Positions 57,405 through 64,000 of a stretch of 64,000 nucleotides of DNA are shown here, in pieces; the first letter of the stretch is position 1, and each line of letters begins with the position of its first letter. A model generated the notes under the pieces. The model did not search any database. It was not told the DNA's origin and was given only the letters and a program-made list of their open reading frames with translations. Where the stretch lies: the NCBI GenBank assembly GCA_964016885.1, contig OZ024742.1, positions 65,596,001-65,660,000 on the forward strand, in the 5' to 3' direction. A program made the position numbers and the translations under genes. Origin of the DNA: Eledone cirrhosa (lineage: Eukaryota).

Positions 57405-57563
57405 TATATTCATTTTATTAAGGCTAAATAATGAGGTTTGTTACTCTGGAGTTTCGCCTGTTTATTACAAGGTCATCAAATGAGAATTCTTTTTTGATGA
57501 CTGTGATAACAGACGGAACTCCAGAGTAAACAAGACTTATTTAGCCTTAATAAAGCGAATATT
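57405..57563. repeat. Old, diverged fold-back element with decayed hammerheads
   Basis: Imperfect inverted arms with TTGATGA...GAAACTC-ca-GAGTA motifs. Confidence 0.6.
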
Positions 57564-57619
57564 TAAACTCTACTTCGGTACTGAGAACTCTTTTCTCTCA
57601 GCCGTCAACAACATACGGA

Positions 57620-57713
<94 letters not shown>

Positions 57714-57715
<2 letters not shown>

Positions 57716-58158
57716 GTGGAAATAAAGGGACAAGTGTTGCAGCGGGAACGGGAACAAGGATAAGAGCCAGGTGGAGTTGTGGGACAGGACGATAAAGAAC
57801 TGCGAACCAGGAGGTCGCGGAGGTTTCGGCCCCGCTTAAACGCAGTAATGAGCGGGTTTGGAAAAAAGCGAAAAGTGACGGGGTCAGAAGAGAGGATACG
57901 GAAGGAACGGAGGATATGTCGCGGAGTGGTATGGTGATAGGGTGGTAGGTGAGAGGGAAAGGAACACGGGTGAGGTGAGAGGGCTGTGGTGCGGTCTGTT
58001 TCACGGGCGCGAGTGAGAACAGCTTGGATCAAGGTAGGGGGATATCCACGTTGGATAAAGCAGGAAGCCATGAGAAGGGAATGGGTTTCAAAATCGTCGT
58101 CCAAGCTACAGAGTCGACAAAGACGGAGGAATTGGGAATTGGGTATGGAGTGTTTGTA
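57714..58158 (-). pseudogene. Penelope-like element ORF fragment (RT thumb/linker, Neptune-like)
   Basis: KHSIPNSQFLRLCRLCS...RGYP...AFKRGRNLRDLLVRS...[16 protein letters not shown], bounded by (TA)n/(CA)n. Confidence 0.88.
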
Positions 58159-58173
58159 CATACATATACATAT

Positions 58174-58254
<81 letters not shown>

Positions 58255-58903
58255 TATGTATACGGTTATTATTGACAAACGTAAGAATAAGTACTCAATA
58301 CCCGTATACCGAGTTTTCTGACAGTGCTTATCACCGAGTTAGACACAGTCTGCAATACTTAAGAGAAACAGGTCACTTATTTGACATTTATAAATGGTTC
58401 CGACCATGAGTATTCCACTTGATGGTTGAACGGAACAACCTACTCGTGGTTTTATGATTAACATGCGAATGTTTGAGTTTTCGACAAACATACATACAAT
58501 AAACGTAATTGTCAGGGAGCTCAAGCAAAAGAGTGAATGTGACAGGGCTGGCCTTTTGAATTACAACTACAACTCATCTCCCCAGCTGAACTAACTGCAG
58601 TAACAGGAAATAAAGTGTTAATTGCTCTGGTTTCGAACAATCTGATTTCGAATCCCGCCGTGTTAAACTTTGTATTTCATCCTTTCACCCGGTTTACTTT
58701 CATCATCTGGCCCTTGGTTGCTCTCAATAGAATCCACTCTGTCGTAAGTATTCATACCAGCCCTCGGGTTGGACGATATCTTTGTTCCACCTTTCCTTCA
58801 GTTTCGGTTGTCCTAAAAAGAGCCCCGAGTATTGCACTTTCAGCTTTGACTAAACAGTATATATATATAGATGAATATATATGTAGATGAATATATATGT
58901 AGA

Positions 58904-58975
<72 letters not shown>

Positions 58976-59537
58976 TCTACACACTCAACTATCTATCTCT
59001 CTATCTATCCATCTATCTATGTATTTCATTTTAGAAGTAGTTATTACAAAATAATGCAATTAGATTTTAATCATAAAAGAAAGATCGATTAAACATGTTC
59101 GTCAAAGCATAAATTATCTACATAAACAATACTTGCCTCGTCCTTACCCTCCCATCATCTTCACTACATTCACCCCCTACTATTAATACTACCACCATCG
59201 CAATCATCACCAATAACGCCGTCACTACGTTCACCAACACTCAACCCCACCTCACAGACAAGCTCCAACAACAAACGAACAGCCTACGCCACACACCATC
59301 CAAGATATCTGTTGCTAAACAATAACTTAATTAACTGTGGAATGCGGACATGAATCTAATAAACCACCGCCACCACTACCCCCCCCCCACCACTACCCCC
59401 CCCCACCCACCACCACCACTTTCAACACTACAATATCACCATTTCTATCACTTCCACCACCATCACCAACAACAACAACAGTACCAGAACGAACAACCCC
59501 ACAACGACGACAACCCAAACCCTTATTACCTTTACAT

Positions 59538-59730
59538 GGTGGTGGATTGGCAGTATCGGTAGAGCGTCAGACGCCGTGCTTTGTACCATAGAGTTATGGC
59601 CCTTTATGGTTTGAGTTCAAATCCCGCTGAGGTTAACTTTGCTTTTCATCCTTACGGCGTCAATAGAATAAAGTACCAGTAATACACTGGGATAATTGCT
59701 GGCCTTGTGCCCAAAGTAGAAACAATTATT
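59538..59730 (+). mobile_element. Full-length tRNA-SINE with 14-bp TSD
   Basis: TSD ttattacctttaca at 59523-59536 and 59726-59739. Confidence 0.9.
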
Positions 59731-59990
59731 ACCTTTACAACGACCATCTTTACTCCTATCACTAATACTATCACCACCACCATCAACATTACCACTAACA
59801 CCATCACAAGCACCAGGTCTATCACTACCGCTACCACTACTAACAAAAAAAAATATAACCCACCACCACTAACACTACCACCAAATGTCTACAAACACTA
59901 GCACCAACAGCAGTAATAATTAACTAAAAGAGAAACTTTAGTAACAATTCTTCATTACCATTACCATACCACCATTATCAACATCAACAC

Positions 59991-60153
59991 AATAATAATT
60001 GTTTCTACTTTTGCACAAGGCCAGCAATTACCCAGTACATTACTGGTACTTTATTTCATCGACCCCATAAGGATGAAAGGTAAAGTTAACCTCGACGGGA
60101 TTTGAACTAAAGGGACGTAACTATGCTAGAAAGCATGGCGTCCAACCCTCTAC
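59991..60153 (-). mobile_element. tRNA-SINE (short form, truncated)
   Basis: Same core and tail as the other copies. Confidence 0.85.
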
Positions 60154-60924
60154 AATAATAATTTTTTCTTAATTGGTCAAAGTATTTCTTACGAAGAATA
60201 TGAAAGCCAGGGATATATATATATAAAGAGAGTCGAGTAGAAACGTAATACACTATATATAGAAAAAGTTAACATTTGTTACACAAGTACAGATAAGTTC
60301 ACGCCGCCCTCTCAGAATTGAGAAGAGAAGACTCTTATGTATGAACAAGATCTTCTCCTCCAAAACACATCAATTTACCATCTGTGAAGTGGATGCCGCG
60401 AAATTGCTCATGAGAATTTCCGGTCATAGAGAACCACATTCCTTTATGCTCTGCTTCAATTGATGTAGCACCCACTCTGTCACATCTGTCGGTGAGCGCC
60501 TCCATTAACTTCTATTTCTAACACCCTTAATTCTTGTGCTTCACATTGCTTTTCTTTATCACCCTGCCCGGAGGAATGGATTACACTTGACACAGTTCAA
60601 AGCTTCCGAGACTGGCGAGAGGGAGGGAGGAGAGTATACACGAGTATCCACGAACCGGTAAGGTAGTATAAAGTGAGCAAGTATAGCACTAAGCGACTAA
60701 GTATAGCACCCATGTAGGCCAAGGTGAGATATGAACTCAGGATGCAAAGAATTGGAACAAATACAACATGGAACTCGTCCGAAACTCTAACGATTCCTTC
60801 TGTTCATCGCCCTAGACAAGTACTTTATCGACTCTCGAAGTATAAAAGGCAAATTTGATCGCGAGGGAATAATACCGTATGGAAACTGGAATACTCATCC
60901 TGTCACACATTGATGAGATTCTGT

Positions 60925-61255
60925 TAGTAGCTCCAGTTGTGACGGGAAGCCGGCTACGCCGTGGCTCCTTCTCATTGTGTCGTTGAGAGCGACATGTCGG
61001 GGGAATCGGTCTGCGCTCTGGCAGCATGATAAGGCCAAACTCTTCGAAGACAGTTACACAACGGTATTTATGTGGCTCATACACGCGGTGGCCGAGGAAT
61101 TGGGCCACTCCGATCCGTGTGCACTCGTCATCAAGCTGCGTACCAGTTGATACCGAATTGAGCCACACGCCGCTATTTGGCTGCGAGGCGGAACGGAGGC
61201 AGGCGAGGTTGTGCTGATCCAAGCGAAACTCAATCGAAGGTGAACTACAATTCGA
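60925..61255 (-). pseudogene. CRE-clade-like non-LTR retrotransposon fragment
   Basis: ACLRSASQPNSGVWL...LDDECTRIGVAQFLG...EPHKYRC...GL, then after a frameshift [17 protein letters not shown], a CRE-type C-terminal zinc knuckle/RH motif. Confidence 0.75.
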
Positions 61256-61790
61256 ATAATTCGGTTACAAATCATTTAAGGGTATGTTTCCGTTACTGGG
61301 ACTATCACTATTACAACAGTAGTGAGCACATCTTCCTGCTGCATCTGAGACGCCCATCTTACAACACGTATGAATAACACTAATGTTCATTTGCCAAAAA
61401 CGTATAGTCAGTTTAAAATGAATAAAGACAAACCATTTTTTCGCAAAGCTCTGACATAGACGACAGTCCGCCTCGACATACAACAACATCGAAAACAATA
61501 ATAATAATAACAATCAACATTATCTTCAGCACCACATCATTATGAAGAGTAGAAAAGAGTAATAAAATCAGCAACAACAACAGCATCATCGACAGCAAAA
61601 CAATGACACCAGCGTCAACAAAAGTAAAAAGAAGAAAACTACAAAGCGTTACTATAATTTAAAGATGGTTGATAAAACATCTAATTAAATAGTTGTGATA
61701 AAAGACACCATGATGGATTTACTTTAATCAATCTCCCTGTCTATGTCTGCTTGCCTCACCCCCTCCATCTCTCTATCTATCTGTATATAC

Positions 61791-61822
<32 letters not shown>

Positions 61823-62077
61823 ATATATAAATATATATATTTATGTTTGTGTGTGCGCGCGTGTCTGAATGTATATATATATATATATATGTACACATAC
61901 ACACACACATACACACATACACACAGACACACATACACACCCACACATATATATATATATATATACACACACATGCGTACAAACATGTGTGAGTATTTGA
62001 ATCTACGTGTGTATACATATGTGTAAACACATATAAGCATATATATGATATATAAATACATCATATATTCACACATG

Positions 62078-62124
<47 letters not shown>

Positions 62125-62613
62125 TATATACACATATACATACATGTACATACATCATATATATATATTTATATATATATATACACACACACATATACAT
62201 ACACATATATATTCATATGTGTGTGTATGTGTGTCTTTGTGTGAGCATGTGGTGTATGTGGTGTTTGCTGTATTCATTGTAATGATGCTTCTGTTGCTGT
62301 TTAGTGATTATACTACTTAATTTTGTCTTGAGATGTTATTGTCTATTTATATATTTTTCCTATTTTTCTTTGGCTCGTTCATGAGATTAAATGAATTTAG
62401 AAATAAACTGGGGGGTGTCAACCGTATTAATTTAAAGTAGAGTGCATTGTTTTGTTGTCAGTTTAAATGACGACACTCATTCACGCAAACAAGTATCTGT
62501 ATATGAACACAGACATATTTATTTGTGTATGTGTGTATGTGTGTATGTGTGCGCGTATATATATATATGTAATTATAATCTGGTAATTTATAAATTACGT
62601 GTATGTGTGTGTG

Positions 62614-62692
<79 letters not shown>

Positions 62693-62712
62693 ATATATAT
62701 ACATATATGAAA

Positions 62713-62762
<50 letters not shown>

Positions 62763-62804
62763 CATATATGAAATATATGTATATATGAAATATATGTATA
62801 TATG

Positions 62805-62891
<87 letters not shown>

Positions 62892-63310
62892 CATATATTT
62901 CATATATGTATATATACACACATATATATATATATATACCGATAGTTAATTAGATAAAGCTTCAAGAGAAAAAACAACGCTCAATAAAAGCTATTTATTA
63001 TCGTATCTCCATTGTTTTTGAACAACATATTGAAGTAGATTTTTAAAATGTATTCCTCATTACTTCAATATCCTTTACATCAGCGGATCGGTAGAATCAT
63101 AAATAATATTAATTTATACAATGTGATATTATATTCTGAGTTAAAATCCCGAAGAGGTCATCTTTGAGACTAATAATTCCGCGGAATATCCCACACATTC
63201 TCGAGACGATAATAGGAGGATAAAAGCAAAAATCGTTCGGGAGCGATTCTTATCGTCGATGAAGGCAAACTCTGTAATCTCTCTTGCCCTCTCTCTCTAT
63301 ATATCTAGGA

Positions 63311-63401
<91 letters not shown>

Positions 63402-63619
63402 AGAGGGAAATAGATGGATGGGGAGGTAGATCGAGAAGAAAGAGAAAGGCATAGATTGACAGATAAAGGAATGGAGACGGAGATGGAGGAGAGGCAGAGG
63501 GAAAGGTAGAGAACGAAAGGGTTGATGGGAGGAAGAGATGGAAACAGAGAAAGAATGAGCTCGAGAAAGAGGAATAGAGAAATGCAGACAGAGGGAAAGA
63601 GAGAGAGAGAAAGAGATAG

Positions 63620-63680
<61 letters not shown>

Positions 63681-64000
63681 GAGAGAAAGAGATAGATAGA
63701 TAGATAGAGAGGGGGAGAGAATTGTGTGTTTTTTCGGGGGATGCTTTACTGGCATAACCGTGTTGGTATTCGTGCATGGCTTATTTGTGTGATTTTTGGA
63801 ACATATCCGGCAGTCACATTCTAGCCTGGAAGAGTGGGTGGTCATCCTGTGTTTAGCGACTATGGCGTAGAAAGTAGTATTGTGGGTGCCACTGAAATGT
63901 TTGATGACAGTGCCATTCCTCTCAGATCACCCCCACCTCATCAAATTCTTCAATCATTATCACCATCATGACAGTGTATTAGCAGAATTGTTCGAATGTC

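Noticed and set aside
60290-60660. GC-richer unique segment with a ~58-codon minus-strand frame
   Set aside because: No recognisable motif or convincing splice sites.
63720-64000. Cys-containing minus-strand frame (ECDCRICSK), possibly a LINE zinc finger
   Set aside because: Truncated by the window edge and too short to assign.

Overview
This is eukaryotic, gene-poor, microsatellite-saturated DNA, most likely from an octopod cephalopod. That assignment is inferred from the recurring tRNA-derived SINE, which resembles octopus SINEs as I recall them. Nearly all ORFs in the track are (TA)n/(CA)n/(TATG)n artefacts. The recognisable protein-coding remnants are all from transposons: Tc1/mariner, RTE, R4/Dong, CRE-like and two Penelope-like (PLE) fragments. 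The main result is a dense population of short non-coding elements nested in (TA)n tracts. At least nine unrelated sequence families each carry a type-I hammerhead ribozyme (CUGANGA...GAAA...UH), about 15 intact motifs in total, including one U3-A8 covariant. Many have a palindromic helix III. Many insertions are fold-back (inverted) structures whose short arm ends at an internal AT-rich site. One family forms about 445-bp tandem monomers (retrozyme-like), and one is physically linked to a PLE GIY-YIG endonuclease C-terminus. Other retroelement clades occupy other microsatellites: Dong in (TAA)n and an RTE-derived non-autonomous element in (ATGT)n. A few strong minus-strand splice signals, including an AG|GTAAGT recursive-splice-like site, suggest the window lies inside large introns of a host transcript. 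All structures were folded and aligned by eye, and coordinates may be off by a few bases.
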